A stretch of DNA of 64,000 bases from Auanema rhodensis (taxonomy: Eukaryota; Animalia; Nematoda): NCBI GenBank assembly GCA_964057225.1, contig OZ059895.1, positions 18,848,001 to 18,912,000 on the forward strand, read 5' to 3'. The first letter of the stretch is position 1. The number at the start of each line of letters is the position of its first letter. This document shows, piece by piece, positions 43,584 to 57,282 of this stretch. The notes under the pieces were generated by a model. That model worked only from the letters and a program-made list of their open reading frames with translations. It ran no database searches and was not told where the DNA came from. The translations under genes were made by a program, and so were the position numbers.

Positions 43584-46500
43584 CTAGTTTTTAATGAATA
43601 ATAATTGTTTCATACAATTCTTCGTTCTCTGCAATTTTTGTCATCTTTCCTTTTCGAGGTGAGGCATTAGAATCCCATTTACGAAGTAAATCGCTATCGA
43701 TAGAAAGAGACAAAGTCTCATACGCTTGTCCAGGCAGTAATCCCAATGGACAACCCAAAAGGAAATCCTTTTCTGCCTTTCGAACAAGGTCGTCATCTTG
43801 TGTTACATCTAAAATAATAAATAAAAAATCTGCTTCATTGAATTATATTGAAAAACACCTTTCTTGATTAATTTTTGTAAATCTTCAACGGTTCTAACAC
43901 TCATGGAGTCATTCAATTCGAGTACCGACGTATTTAAACTAATATTCAGTATACGGCTTACTTGCTGTCTCCTTTTATCAGAAATACTTGGGAGTTTGCT
44001 CATTACTCTAGACAATAAAATTTAACTTCTTATTTAAAATAAGCTAATACTTTTGAATTAAACCATATTCAAAATATTCAGGACAAGCTACCATTTTGTA
44101 TAAAATAGTTGACCACACAGATTCCGTAAATGAGTCCACATCAGCTAGAAATAAAATACAAAACTTCATTCGTATTATGGTTATCTTACGTTGAGCATTA
44201 GCTTCAATAATTAGAGCTACCCAAGCAGCACTTTGATAATCAATTATTGGTTCGGAATTTCTCAGATGAGAGAGTAACTAGAAAAGTTTTTTTCATTACG
44301 TAATATAATTGAATGTACCATTATAGCAGCTTCTCCGAGAATATTGATATCATCCATATAATCGAAGATAGGCTCCCAGACCTTCTGCAAGCTGAAAGGC
44401 ACAGTCCAACCTGGAAATCAAGAAGTAAGTAAGGGAAGCAAGAAGTAGCATACGCACCAGGCCCAGTAGGAACAGGAATTCCTGCACATTCAAATTGAAT
44501 TGGTGACAATATCATAAAGTTTTCAGATAAGAAAACACGCAAAAAAGAACTACAAAAAATTGATTAAAATATTAAAAGAAATGAAAATATACTATGGTTC
44601 ATATTTAATAATTCTACGCAGGTTAGCCAATGGAAGTGGAATTGAAGTTTCAATAACTGCATTGGCACCTTTCTGAAAGAGAGTATAACTCTTAAATATT
44701 CAAATAGTTAGTGCTTACTGAAGTCTTCCAAGCCGTATAATTATAAATTGATTCCTGAATACGTTTCGATCTTTCATTTTCAAATTCTTCGTCAAGATCC
44801 TTATTAGCTCTCTCTGCAATACCTGCCAGACGAATGGCTTCATCAGCTGACTTGGTCCAAAAGTTGTCCTGAAACAAGAAGAATACTTCAAAAAAAAAAA
44901 AAAAAACACACCCAAAGCCATTTATAAGCAAAAGCATGAGCATTTCTCAAAGTATCAAGTCTAGGAAAATTAGCGTGTGAAGCATTATGACGAACTTCAA
45001 CAACCCAATGAGGAATTCCAGCCTGAAAAAAAAAACGAAAAACATGTTAAAACATTCAGGATGCATACCGCTTCCACAGAGTTAACAATTGATTTTGATC
45101 GGAATGAGGTTTGGTTAATTTCGTTGACATAATTAATAAATCTTAAAAAATACAAATAATTGACATGCAGAGAAGGACTGGAAATCGACTACAATATAGT
45201 ATTTTTAATGCTAAGGAAATGTTATTTAATGCTTCTTCTTATATTTTTCCCACGGATTAATGATTGCTGGCCATAACTAATTGGTTAATAGCTAAACCAT
45301 GTAGAGAATTCAGAGGGTCTCGTATGAAAATCCTCGAGTCTAGCTAAAAGTATTGGCTCAAGCAACAGAAGACAATGAGAGAGATTGAGATAAATAGTGG
45401 GAATAAGAGAGGACAATGGCTCGCAGCAAGTTACTTGTTTTCCACAACAACTAACTATAACAACAATAGAAAGTTAGAAGCTTCAGTCCTTTTATCAACA
45501 AAGTCAAAGGCTAAAGAAATTAGTTTTAAATACTCACTGCTTTAAGTACTACTTTCTTCTTTTTTTTACACGAAAAACTATAATTGTCGGTTTGTATTAT
45601 TTGTCTAAAGCCACTGGTTGACACCTCTACTAGCAAAAATCGTGTTATTTCCAGATGATTTAACTAGTATCTCAGTTTATACTTCCGTTCTTACCTGAAT
45701 CTAACTTTCAAACATACATTTTTCTTTTTAAATCAACATATCCTGATTTGTTTTTCGTGAGCTGTCTTCAAAGTTCTTATGAATTAAGCTTTATCCTTCA
45801 AATTATTGATGTCATTTGACTAATTAAAGCTCGTAAAGCTTCGTCTTTTATGGTTGTGAGGGGACGGAGTAGAACAAACCTCAGTAATCTGTGTGTATGT
45901 GTGTATGTTCGATGTCGATTCATACAGCTCATCGTTACTTTCAGTCAGCGTATCCATAGCCCAGTGCACTAACTTGGCAATCACAATGTTGTATAGAGTT
46001 TTGAGATAAAAATGCAAAAGAAATTGTCGTTTGCTCACAGCATTCAGTTTATTCTTCCTTCTGTCCTAACGTTATTCGGTGAAAAGGAAACGTCACAAAG
46101 GATAAATAGTAATATGGATCTTACAGCCTATGTTTCACTCACAATCCTCATATACAGAGTACATTTACGTATTTTCAAGTACAAGTGTGGAACATCTTAT
46201 CTTATTCCACTCACCATCGCCTAATATTAAAGTCAAATCACTCCTCAATAGAGAAAGCTCCGGCGATTCTATTAGCGGCAGTTAATCGGTAGTCAGTCCT
46301 CTTTCTTATTCGTCGTCTTCCTCCTACTCTTCCTTCGTTCCCACCCTCTCTTTTCCTCTCGGCTAAGGTACCTCCACCCTCCTTACATCCTATTTCTTGA
46401 AACCCTCAAACTCTTCCATACGTTTTTCTCTTTTTCCTTTCAAGTTTAGCCGTGTTTCACCAGGCGTATTACGTCATATCTTTGATTTTCTCTAACTGCA

Positions 46501-48447
46501 TCGGTTCAAAAATAGTTATATTTCAGATTAGATATATAGGCACGTAATGGCTACGACATGAAGAATTTTCTTAATTTTGGATATTGGAGTCTAGTAACTC
46601 TTCTATTATTATGTTTAACTAATATAGGTTTGTATTTTTGTTTTTACCCAAACTCTCAATATCTCTAAACTTCAATCTATACTATGATTTTGCAAACAAT
46701 AGTCTTTCTTTCTGAAATTTCCAAACACTCATTTTATGTGAATAGAAAGAATCAGTTATCTGGTTGGTTGGCTGCTCTAAAAACAAACAAGAAATAAACT
46801 TAGCAAATTGATACAACTTGACCGCCTTGCAACTTAAAATCCAATTTTAGCTGTAAGGATATTATAGAGATGAACATATCAAATCTTTCCAATGTTTTGA
46901 AATCTTCGATATGTTAATGGAATTTTCGAAATATTATCTTTGTCCTTACGCTCTATCATCATCGTTTCTGCCACTTCACATCTTGAGCTAATAATCGAAG
47001 TAGTAATGCACATATTTACATGCAAATTCAATCAAACTGCCAATTCTCAAAGAAAGATTGAAGCTTTTCTCTCTCTTCTTCTTGAAATCCATGTACCTCT
47101 CGTATTCTCATTCTCTTTCATAGTCTCTCATCTCATAATTTTCTTCCTCCTTTCCATATTTATGGTCATCAAGTACTAATGCAGAAATCATCAATCTACA
47201 TAAATTTATGAAAATTTCAACTTTAAATTCAAATTCCAACCTAATTTTGGAAATAAATCTAGAAACTTTTCAATTTTATCTGCATTCAGCATCCGCTATA
47301 ATATGTTACGACTGTCATTCGGATCAAGGAACATGTAATGAAGGAGAATGTGAAGGAATAGTTTGTATAAAGATGGAAACATCCAATAAGGATAACGGTA
47401 GTGCTCAAAACACAAAAGAAACCTAATTTAATGTTTTTGGAATTTAGAGCGAAAAACCATCCAAAAAGGATGTGGGGATGAACATGAAGAAGTCTCTTGC
47501 CAACAGTCTGGATTTGGAAGTAAATGGATGTCAAGATGCGTTTGTGATCGACCTTTTTGCAACGGAGATCAAGTACTAGTCATCAATTCTTTCACATTAA
47601 TCATCTTGAGAAACTTTCAGGCCTTAGTAGAAGCAGGATTAGAGCCGTCGGCAGCTCCACCTCCACCTGGCCATTTCACTCAATTTGCCCTTCTGGTCGC
47701 TATACTTGCATTTGTAGGAGCAAGTTGTTCTTTGATTGTTATAGCCACTATTTGTGTTCAATTCTGTTAAAAAGAAGCCAAATAAGAGTTTCAAGGACTA
47801 AAATTCCATTTTGATCAAAGCGTACCCTATTTAGTTTGTGAATGCTTCATAAGATAAGAATTTACTAGTTCTTGTAATACGACAATCACCAATCAATCCA
47901 CTCATTCTTCCTGCTCCTCCATCTCAATGCCGGTATAATATATGTATATTCAATATTTTTTAAATGTATTATACAATCCTGACTAGAATATGTATATTCC
48001 CTTCCTTGCACTTTAGTTCTGTTTAATTGCCTTTCGAAAACGAAAGAAATATTGAAGAAAACTAACCGAATAATTGACGAACAGTGTAACATTTGGATAA
48101 TTTCAATTCCAACATAATTTTCATCCTTTGCTAATTTTCTTTCTTCAATTTCAACAAATAAAACTTGATATGAGCACATGATAGCTATAGGCGTATTAGA
48201 TCCCATTCTAAAACAAAAATAATATTTCATTTTCACTTATAATGAAACCTGCTTCTCCACATGGCCATCATATCTCGACATCGTTCTAAATCTTCAATCT
48301 TATCGCTTCGAAACATAGTACGGACCAAATTCCATTCCACTCTGAAGAACAACAGAGGTAACATGGTTCTTTTTCGAAAAAAAGGAAGAAAATATTAACA
48401 GACCCCGTGTATGGTACATGGTAGCCGGACTGTAAACCCGGAAGCAT
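43584..48447 (-). CDS. LAS1-like pre-rRNA endoribonuclease (HEPN)
   Basis: 5' exons at 48447-48067 (HVPYTGVEW...AMWRSRMGSNTPIAI...SSIIR) splice across a 2925-nt intron to FINYVNE...GIPHWVVEVRHNASH (RxxxxH motif); C-terminal CPLGLLPGQ. Confidence 0.85.
46558..47770 (+). CDS. Cys-rich three-finger (Ly6/uPAR/activin-receptor-like) membrane protein nested in the LAS1 intron
   Basis: Signal peptide exon 46558-46627; IICYDCHSDQGTCNEGECEGIVC...KGC...C...CVCDRPFCN; hydrophobic C-terminus. Confidence 0.8.
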
Positions 48448-48632
48448 TATCTTAATAGATAACTATTAAAAATTTAATTGTAACATTTTGATTGAAGTAA
48501 AATTTTACGATGATCAACGTTTAAAAATTGTTTTTGATGAAAATCTTATTATATATTTATGAAACATGACACCAAATATGAACAAATAAACCAATAATTA
48601 CAAAAATGGCAACATAAAATCGAATCAAACAC

Positions 48633-50058
48633 TTAATTATGAATGTGAGGCTGAACCTGCTTGAAATAGCTGTATGGGTTACGTACTGTAGCAATTAAAC
48701 CATTTTTATTTACAATTTCTGAAGTCCTTCCATATCTGAAGTAAAGTATTCAGAATCTCCTTCTTAAAAAATTTCAAACCTCAAAGGTTCTCCAGTTAAG
48801 TCGAGCATAGCTCCTCCTAAAGCACGTAAAACAGCATCTCCAGCACAAGTATCCCATTTTTTGATAGCTGTTTGGTGAACATAAATTTCTTCAAAGAATT
48901 GTTTCAAATATATTTGTTAAAAATGCAAAATACCAGAAGTTCCATTAACTACTCTTAAAGTTTTATATCCACTTCCTCCAGCGGGCTCTACAGTATAAGT
49001 ATTCCCGAAAGATTCGCTAGCTAAGGATTCTACTGCTCCAGCATGAGATCTAAATATCCAAAGCATTAATCAAAACTCAGACAGACAAATTTACCTGGAA
49101 ACGACAATTTTTTTACTGATATCATCTGCATTTGGCACTAAGATCTTCTGTCCATTAGAAGACATTACACCCCAATCTTTTACGCCGAAAACTATAAAAA
49201 AAGATATTAAGGAAGTCAAATTTCAAACTGTCAAATACTTGTCTCGTTGTAGAAAGGCCTATAAATGGCACCAAATACTGGTTCATCACCAACAGCGACA
49301 CAAACCATCACTGTCACATACTCAACTAGGTTTTCTGAAAATGAAATTCAGAGAGTATCTTATAAGATGTATAACCTGTGAACTCTTGAGTAGCATCAAG
49401 AGGATCAACATATACTTGCATATCATTTAATGGAATTCTTCTATAAATTAAAGGAAAGTAGAAAAGGAAGGCGACTTAGCAAGCTTACTTGCTTGGCATT
49501 TGATCCAAAATATCTCTCACACTCAACCATAATGAATAAGTATCTGAACGATAAGAATAAGCTTCTTTTTCAGTGATACTTGTATCTTTTTCTTCAGTGA
49601 TTATCTGTAAATAAATAAAAGGTATGATGAAAATAAGCATAAATAGCATCTACATTAAGGTGAGGAAAACGTTGTAAAACATCCAGAATCAGATAATTTG
49701 AAACTAAGTCAGCTTTAGTTAGCAGCTCTGCTTTTCCTTCATCGGTTAAACCCTTTTGAGCAATGTTCAAAGCTGAAAAATAAGATTTTAGAATAGATAA
49801 AGCTGAGAACTTTACTATTTTCTTCATGAATTTTCTTGACAGCATGTCCTCCCATCTCAACAGCAAGTACAGCATAACTAGAACAAAGAATTATGAAAAT
49901 AATAAAATAGAGAGGAAATACCTAATAACATCTTTTAAGTTTACATCGATTTCAGGGAAATCATTTCCAGATTTGAAAAAAATGAGATAGGCTAAATATA
50001 GGAAACCTAATCCAATCAAACAAGAAAATGTATTTCTTGGCTGAAGCCTAACCTGCAT
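48633..50058 (-). CDS. Golgi PAP phosphatase / IMPAD1 (inositol monophosphatase family)
   Basis: N-terminal TM anchor; KGLTDEGKAELLTKADLVSN, YVDPLDATQEF, VSRSHAG, PAGGSGYK, IKKWDTCAGDAVLRALGG. Confidence 0.9.
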
Positions 50059-50608
50059 ATTTTTCCGTTCCTAAAAGTAAAAACGTGATAACAAAAATGA
50101 TGAAGTTGTTCATATTTGTTTTGATAAGCTCATTGGAAATAATTCAAAAATATTTTGCAACCTACCATACTGACAGCTACGGAAAGAATAGAAACATGAA
50201 AGAAAATCACCCTATATGCATCCCACCACTATGAACTCTCGTTTTCACTTTTTCTATACCTGATACAAAAGTAGATCCGGATAATGAAAGCGATTATATC
50301 GCGAAATCTCGTTCACCGATATTCATCTGAAAGCGCGCTCCTCTCAACAACACAAATGAACTTAATAAGCTTATCTAAATTTCCTTGTTAACACAAACTT
50401 TAAAAATGCTGATGTATAACGGGTTTAAAACCCAATGAGTAAAAAAAACTAGCATATTGAAAGTAAATTTAATAATTTTCGATGCAAAACGAAATATACA
50501 AATATTAATCGCATCTTAAATTAAGTAGCATAAAAAAAACATGTAAAACTTGGAATGGTAACATAGAGATCAGGTTATGGCATTATGGTTTGATTCTTAG
50601 AAGATTAA

Positions 50609-53600
50609 TTATGGGTCTTTATATGACGGTGGAGCATTCTTCTTTCGACTACTCTAAAATAATTGAACTAAGTTTAAAAAAAAAAAACACGAATACCACT
50701 CGGACGTTCTGAGATCTAGGCTCGGCTATTGATATTCTTTGCGTATTACGACGAACCTAGAATAAAAGTTCAGTTATATTTGAGATGTGAATTATTACCC
50801 GAGGTGGTGGAGGTGGTGGGTCTTGTGTTGGTTCAGGAATAATAATTTTCTTATTATGTTCATGAGTTAAACTTTGCAAACGCGGTTCTGCCTGAACCGT
50901 TGATCTTTTTGCTTCAGGAGGAACATGTTGTCCATTTGAATCTATATCTAAAGTTCGTTTCATCTGTCGGCGAGTAGGAGGAGGAGGAGGAGGAGGAGGA
51001 AGCAATAACTCTTAAAACATATTTATATTAAAAATTTTTATCATTACATACCTTTCTCCTTATTATCATTGGCTATCTGTCGTTTATTCGTCAAAACAAT
51101 GCTGGTACTTGCACGTGAACTATCTGATTCTTCTATGTGAATCTCTTCTATACTAGATTCGTCCAGATGTCTAATTTCTATAAATAATTTGTATAAATGT
51201 ATCGAGTAAAGGGGCTATGAAAACCTGATTCAATAGTAACTATAGACTCTGTCTCAGGAATAGTAGTGATTTTATTAGTTGCAACCTTAGATATCTTGGG
51301 AGTATTGTGGTTAGATGAAGGAGTGGGAAAGCATTTGCGCATCGCTTCCCGAGTAGTATGACCATTACACGGTGTAGAAGTAAGCTGTACGGGATCTATT
51401 ATGACACATGCATCTAAAAGTTCCACAGTCCTGTTTGAGATAGTACGCGTAACTAAAACTTTTAATAAACTTTGAGATAACTGAAAAACAACAACAAACC
51501 TTTTTCATTGTTTGAACGTTCTGATGTTTCAAAACGCACTACTCTGTTGCCATTAGATTTATCAATTGAAGAAAGATTTTTATGTGTTTCATGTTGATTT
51601 CTCTGTTGGCTTGACTCCTTTTGATTATTGGAGCTTTGGTTTTTAGCATTCAATAACTGATTAGTGGATGCAATGAGATTTTCAGGAACGTTACGAGCCC
51701 CTGTAGTTGTTTTAGACTGCGAATTCACAGAATTGTTCTATAAATGAAATTCAATGATGTTTCCAAAATAGCAGTGTTACCGTAACTCGTGGATTGACAT
51801 TCTCAGGAGTTTTTCTTCGATTGAATAAAATCCATTCGTATAAAGGAAGCTAAAATAATAAGTTGAAGAGAAGCCTCAATAATAATAGATAATTTAAAAA
51901 TTGAATCGCGTGGGAATCATAACTATATAACTTACTTTAATTGGACATATTGGACGTGGCTCTGCCATTTGTAATCTTGGCCACTAAACATGCTAAGATT
52001 AGAAAAGTAGGAAGAATTTGTAGCCTTACTGTAATTTCACAATTATCCGAATCATTCTCTTTTTGACGGGGACAATTAATTGTATTTCTTTTCGACGATA
52101 CAGTAGGGTTCTGAGATTGTACCTTATTCAAGTGACGTGCTGGAGAGATTCTCTGTTTTGTTCGTTGAGATTCATTTTCTAATACTGTTACCGATTGTCT
52201 ATCCGGTATAGAAACACTCTATAACATTAGGTAAAGAAAAATATTTCAAACTTGAAGGAACAAAAACTAGGCAAAAAGTATACAAGCATCAAAGTAAATT
52301 TTGGGAGAAAAATTTTACCTGGGGTGTTTCTCTAGATGGCAGATCAATACGGTTAGCACATTCATCTCTAAGATTTTCTTTCTGCAATCCAGAAAATTAA
52401 GTAAAAATAGTTGTATAATCTAGATACATTAAACCACGAAGAAGTAAACTGAATTAAAGGATTTGTTTCGATGGTCATGTTAAAAGAGTCGGTAGTTTCA
52501 TTAAGCATCTGAAATAAGACATAATGTGAAACGAATAATAAAACTTACATTTTGGGGACTCATTGGTGATAATTGGTCATCAGTTAAACCAGTGGCAAAG
52601 CAATCAAGTTCAAAAGAATCTATAACAAAAGGTAAAACAAACAAAAGCCTTTAAAAGCTTACCCGATGAGAAAAGAAATTCCTGAAGAGATCTGATACAT
52701 CTCCTAAAATGGTTTAGTCAGTAATGATTTATGGTGTATTAAACAAACGCTTCAATTTCATTGTATTCAATTGTTTCTGGAGAGACGAAATATATTCCCC
52801 GGTTAAATTTTGATCCACCTTCATGAAGAGTACAATTAAAAGTATTGGGTGTAGAGGAAGCCAAATGAATATTAACTACACGTATAATATCTCCTGGCTA
52901 GAATGAAAACAGGTGAAACAATAAGAGAAACAGCATACGGTACCATTAGACTCCTAGCATATCGAGCAAAATTTCCATAAACCAACAAGTCCACATAATA
53001 ATTTCGTGGAACAACTGAATATATGCTCTTTGGAGTTAATCTCTCTTTGGAATCTCGATAACTGAGAGAAAATAATTTCTCAACAAGCCTAAATAATCGA
53101 ACTAATTAGCCTCTTCGACCCATAATTAAATTACGTATGCTCAAATCCATCCCAAACTCTAATTACAATTGTATTTCTTTCTGAGTTATGAACCTCAATA
53201 ACCTAAAAAGAATATTCTAATTTCAAGTTCACAATAATTTCGAGACTTGAAAAAATGAATCAAAATATCCATATACTGCTTTATCCATGTTACGTAAAGT
53301 TCTCAAAGTGTCTCTTGACATGAACTCAATTTTCAATGCATTTTTAGTATGCTAAAATGAAGAATAATTTTTGAAATTTTAAAAATTACAAACTTGAATT
53401 TGTCCTCGACTCCGCTGTTTTTTAATAATTTTATTCAGATCAATACCTGAATATATATATGTGAGTCTTACACATTGTAAAAGTTTATACCTTCTTCAAA
53501 ACTTTTTTGAAATTCTATGCCATGATTCACAAATAAATTGATGACACGCTCTTGTTTGAAAAAATCTGTTTTGCATATAAATATGAAATTGAACGAAGGA

Positions 53601-53892
53601 AGACATACCTATCCAAAGTGATTCAGTTGAAGCTAAGATATGAGAAATATTTTCGCAGAACGTTTTTCCATTAATAATGCCTCTCCTGAATTTCTTGAAG
53701 AGAAAACAAATTTCGACTTATACAATCTTAACTTACATTTATGTTCTCTACAATGCTATTCCTATATTTATGTAGATTTGTCTTGTAACCATTTTTTAAT
53801 ACTCTAATTATATAAATAATTCTAAAACATTATCAAATTTTTATAGTTGAAACTAATATAACTTACGCGTGAATTTCCCCAGTAGAATCCAT
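50609..53892 (-). CDS. POT1-family telomeric ssDNA-binding OB-fold protein with long low-complexity C-terminus
   Basis: YFDSFFQV..IRVWDG..VDLLVYG..GDIIRVVNIH..LHEGGSKFNRGI (about 53350-52750) matches the POT1 second OB fold; multi-exon frame continues into S/T/N- and Pro-rich sequence. Termini less certain. Confidence 0.7.
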
Positions 53893-55103
53893 ATGTACAA
53901 CTATTTGAAGAAGCTTCTTTAACAAAGCTAGAAAATGCTAATTCAAATTTTCCGTAACAAGCTCAAGACTACGTACATGCATATCTGTTTTTGGCAACAC
54001 GTCTCAAAAATAAAAAATATGTTATTGCCGAAAAAATCTTCGTAACAAAGATTAATTTATCTCGAAACAAGTTAGATTATTATTATTTTTTAACTACTTA
54101 TTAAATAAAGCAATTGTATGCTTCTCAATAACAAGCTCGTTGTTATGGGGGGACAAGTGAAATTCTTGGAGTTGTGTTTACCTAAACTAAGAACACCATG
54201 TATGAAGAATTTTATCTTTGTATTGTCTTATATTTTTAGTAATAACCTAAGTTTACTACTAAATTAACTAATTCGTGAAACAGAGGAAATTATTCATTTA
54301 GCTCGAAGGGGGCTGCTGAAGATCTAAGACATGCAAGTTTTATTCAGTCTTATTCCAATTAAATTATTTCTAATTGTGAATGAAAAAGAGTAGAAACTAA
54401 AACATTGTTCAAACAAAAAAAATTATCCTGGAAGAGCAAACTTTCGGCCAAACAACAAAATTTGAAAGATTTGAAAATTATTGACTAAAATGAAAAGACT
54501 GATGTAAATAAGGTGAAATTGTTAACTAAAATTATATTAAACACATTTTTGGTCTTTTTTCATATTCATAAGTGATAAAGTAAGAAGTTCGTATTGCCTC
54601 GAAAGCTGTTTGCTTCTATGTAGTTTACGGATGACTGATATATTTTAATAATTATATGAGAAAAATATTATAAATAATTACAGAAATGACTTTATTTAAC
54701 AAAGAGTTAGAATAAGAAGGTGAAATATAGCTGTTATTATGTATCGTTTTTTATTTTGTGTCCATTATTACACTAGGTTGTAGGAAACGTTCCCAAATAA
54801 TCACTTTCTTTAATAGGTGTTTCAACAACATTTTGCTTATATGTTTTTTAGTATATAATACTATAAGATTTCGAAAAATGATAAAGTATATAGGTTTGTA
54901 AAAGAATAATATTATTAAAAGTAATAAAACTAAGAAAAAATAATCTCCATGTGTTTATTGTTGTTTTACTCAAGCAGGTACATAAAGCAGAATATATAAT
55001 GACAGAGGAAATAAGTGTTAATTATAAATTAGCTTCGAATACAGATGACTGCAAGTTTCCGAAAAGTTGACAAAAGAATGATAACTTCCCAAAAGGAATA
55101 CAG

Positions 55104-55349
55104 TTAGAGAACTGAACACTTGCTCTTCTCGGCCCAAGGGTTTACTTTCTTATCGATTGGATTAACCAGAGGATCCTCTTGGTTTTCGGTATACCGACGT
55201 AAACTGCAACATAATAAATACATAATTACAAGAATTAAACAAAAAATAAATAAAACTTACTCGGCAGCACTTTGACTAATAGGGGTTCTCTCAATATTGA
55301 GTTGATTACGAAGAGAATCGACACTACGTTGCATATCAGATTTATCCAT
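55104..55349 (-). CDS. gpc-2: Heterotrimeric G-protein gamma subunit
   Basis: MDKSDMQRSVDSLRNQLNIERTPISQSAAE/LRRYTENQEDPLVNPIDKKVNPWAEKSKCSVL* (CaaX); 2 coding exons. Confidence 0.96.
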
Positions 55350-57282
55350 TATAAAGACTAAAAAATATAATTAATAGCAATATAAATACGAATATTAAAA
55401 GAAAATTGTAAATAAAACATAAAATAAAAAGATAGCTCTAGCATAAAAATAAATCAATGGCATAGCAATAAATCACGTATTTTCCAGTTGTAACCATTAA
55501 TAAATATAAATATAAAAAATATATGTACATGAATTATTATTAAACAAAAGTAACATAATTTGAGAAATATAGAGGAGGGAGCTCAGCGCAATGGAGGTTG
55601 TGGGGAAGCAATTTGGATGTGGTGCTGTGGCGCCGATCGATATGTCTTTCGCTCAGCCATGGGTTATAGGACGCTCATTGAATAGACATAGAAGCAGACA
55701 AGACAGCACTACATGGCAAGAAACGCAGACATCATCAAGAAAAATTCTGAGGAAGATTAAATAGGAAATTAAATTGAATTTAGTTGGTGTAAATGAAGAG
55801 GAAATTAGTAAGAAATGATAGAACGAATACATTGATTTTACGTTCACCTGACGCACATGCGTATGTTTATAGAGAAACTACAAAATAATCAATATCGTCT
55901 CTAGATTTGTTTTTTTGTGAAAAGAAAACGACTGAAAAAAACTTCAAATTAGAATATAAAAGGTGATTATTTGGTTATATTTCAATGGGAATTAATATAC
56001 TTAGCTTTCTGTTTCTGAGGGATGCGTACTTTTAGGCAAATGTTGAAGCCGGCGGAATTCAAAAGCCATGTGGCTTGCAAAGACTAGTCCCTGCCTTTTC
56101 AGCACCATATGGACTATAGACGCTAGCTCAAATCCTAGATCAATACGCTTGAAGGCATACATGTATCGAAAAGGAAAAAGAGATGGCAGGGGACATTTGT
56201 GAGAAAGAAGAGACGTTAAGCAGCAAGTGAAGAGTTTGGGAGAGGAGAGAGCGAAACAAGACGACGGAGGGAGGAGCAGGAGGGAGAATGGCAGTGAATA
56301 TGACACAAAGAGTGGCAGAGAAAGAGAGAGTGTAAGAGAAGAATATATGTGAATAAGAAGGATTGAAACGGAAAAGAGAAAAAGTATAGCTGGAGGGAAT
56401 AGAGGAAGAGTAGAAGATGAGAGAAACTATGTAAAGCATCAGAAGGGAAGCACAAAAAGAAACATAGAATAGAAGACACTGGCATAACATTATTCCAATT
56501 TACATTTTTACCTCAATTACTAATTCTATCTATAACTCTGTTTACTAAGTATCTTTGATGAAAAACTGAAAATATTGAGATATTGCTATAAGTATTTCGC
56601 GTTTCTTCTGTTTTCATTCATTCTACCTTGTTATGCATCTCCGATATTCTATCTCTTAAACTTTTTTTTGTTCAAATACTAATTTTGTTCATCGAGTTGA
56701 ATTGAACATTATTGAATATAACTTTATAAAGTAATTCCTTTAAGTAAATTCAAAATTTCGATAAATAAATAGTAATATAAGAGTTCAAGACGTGCGTTAG
56801 CTCTTTAGCTCTGTGTAATATAGGCTAATGGAACTACTATTGATTTCCAGCACTCCCTCTCCCAACCTTACGAATTGTTTCATCTTCTATGGCTTACAAA
56901 CAATATTTTTTATATTTTCATATAAACCATAAATATACTTGAATTTCTTTCTCAAATCATTTGAGTTAAACGTATTGTTTTTCTCATAAAACTTCTCTAA
57001 TCACATACCGAGCATTTATTTACTTCCGTATTAAACTGCATCCTGATAAAATATTTTAAAATATCCAATTAAATAAGCTTGATTTCAATCATATTCGCTT
57101 AGTAACCAGCCTTGGGAGTAAAATACTCTCTCATATATGTAGAATAATCAATATAATGCCATATTTCACTCTGGTTTCGAGGAGGTTATAGCTCAGTTTT
57201 CCAATATCCTTAAAAATTCTATATCGCTGTTTCCTCATTCTTTAAGAAGTTAAATGATTTTAAAATCATTTCAGCTGATCCA

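Noticed and set aside
55653-56490. ORFs upstream of gpc-2
   Set aside because: Translations of CT-rich sequence (L/S/F-rich); more likely 5' UTR, intron or promoter of gpc-2/dyb-1.
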